Positions 63,828 through 64,000 of a stretch of DNA of 64,000 bases are shown here, piece by piece (positions within the stretch are counted from its first letter, which is position 1; the number at the start of each line of letters is the position of its first letter). The position numbers and the translations under genes are program-made. The stretch spans positions 37,016,001 through 37,080,000 of the forward strand of contig NC_086109.1 of assembly GCF_963921235.1 (NCBI RefSeq). The letters run 5' to 3'. Below the pieces are notes generated by a model that worked only from the letters and a program-made list of their open reading frames with translations, did not search any database and was not told the DNA's origin. This DNA is from Mobula hypostoma (taxonomy: Eukaryota).

Positions 63828-64000
63828 CCCTAATGGTGGTAAGGAAAGCAAATGCAACGTTAGCGTTCATTTCAAGAAGATTAGAATATAAAAACAATGA
63901 TGTCCTGCTGAAGCATTATAAGGGATTAGTTAGACTGTGCTTGGAGCATTGTGAGCAGTTTTGAGCCCCTTACCTAAGAAAAGATTTGCTGGCATCGGAG
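63828..64000 (+). mobile_element. CR1 RT C-terminal fragment running off the window
   Basis: VVRKANATLAFISRRLEYKNNDVLLKHYKGLVRLCLEHCEQF. Confidence 0.85.

Overview
This is vertebrate intergenic or intronic DNA made up almost entirely of transposable elements. The repeat content (CR1 with ZnF/esterase ORF1, Rex1/Babar-like, Penelope, Tc1, V-type tRNA SINE) suggests a cartilaginous fish, probably a ray; this is inference. I recognised no host exon, and every long ORF is a decayed TE ORF or its antisense shadow. Main points: (1) a pol-deleted class III (ERV-L/ERV-S-like) endogenous retrovirus at 30128-35507 with a tRNA-Ser-like PBS, a 5-bp TSD and a gamma-type env remnant; (2) it sits in a 14-kb nest (Tc1 > Gypsy > ERV > CR1, plus a solo LTR and a second CR1); (3) Penelope elements and their terminal repeats carry minimal hammerhead-ribozyme motifs, often as inverted pairs and with a recurrent CUGCUGA core variant; (4) a non-autonomous Helitron retains 23-aa STPR-like repeats; (5) a young CpG-rich 536-bp RTE-tailed element has a long 5' hairpin. 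Boundaries without a TSD are approximate (tens of bp). Family names come from motif recognition, not database searches.
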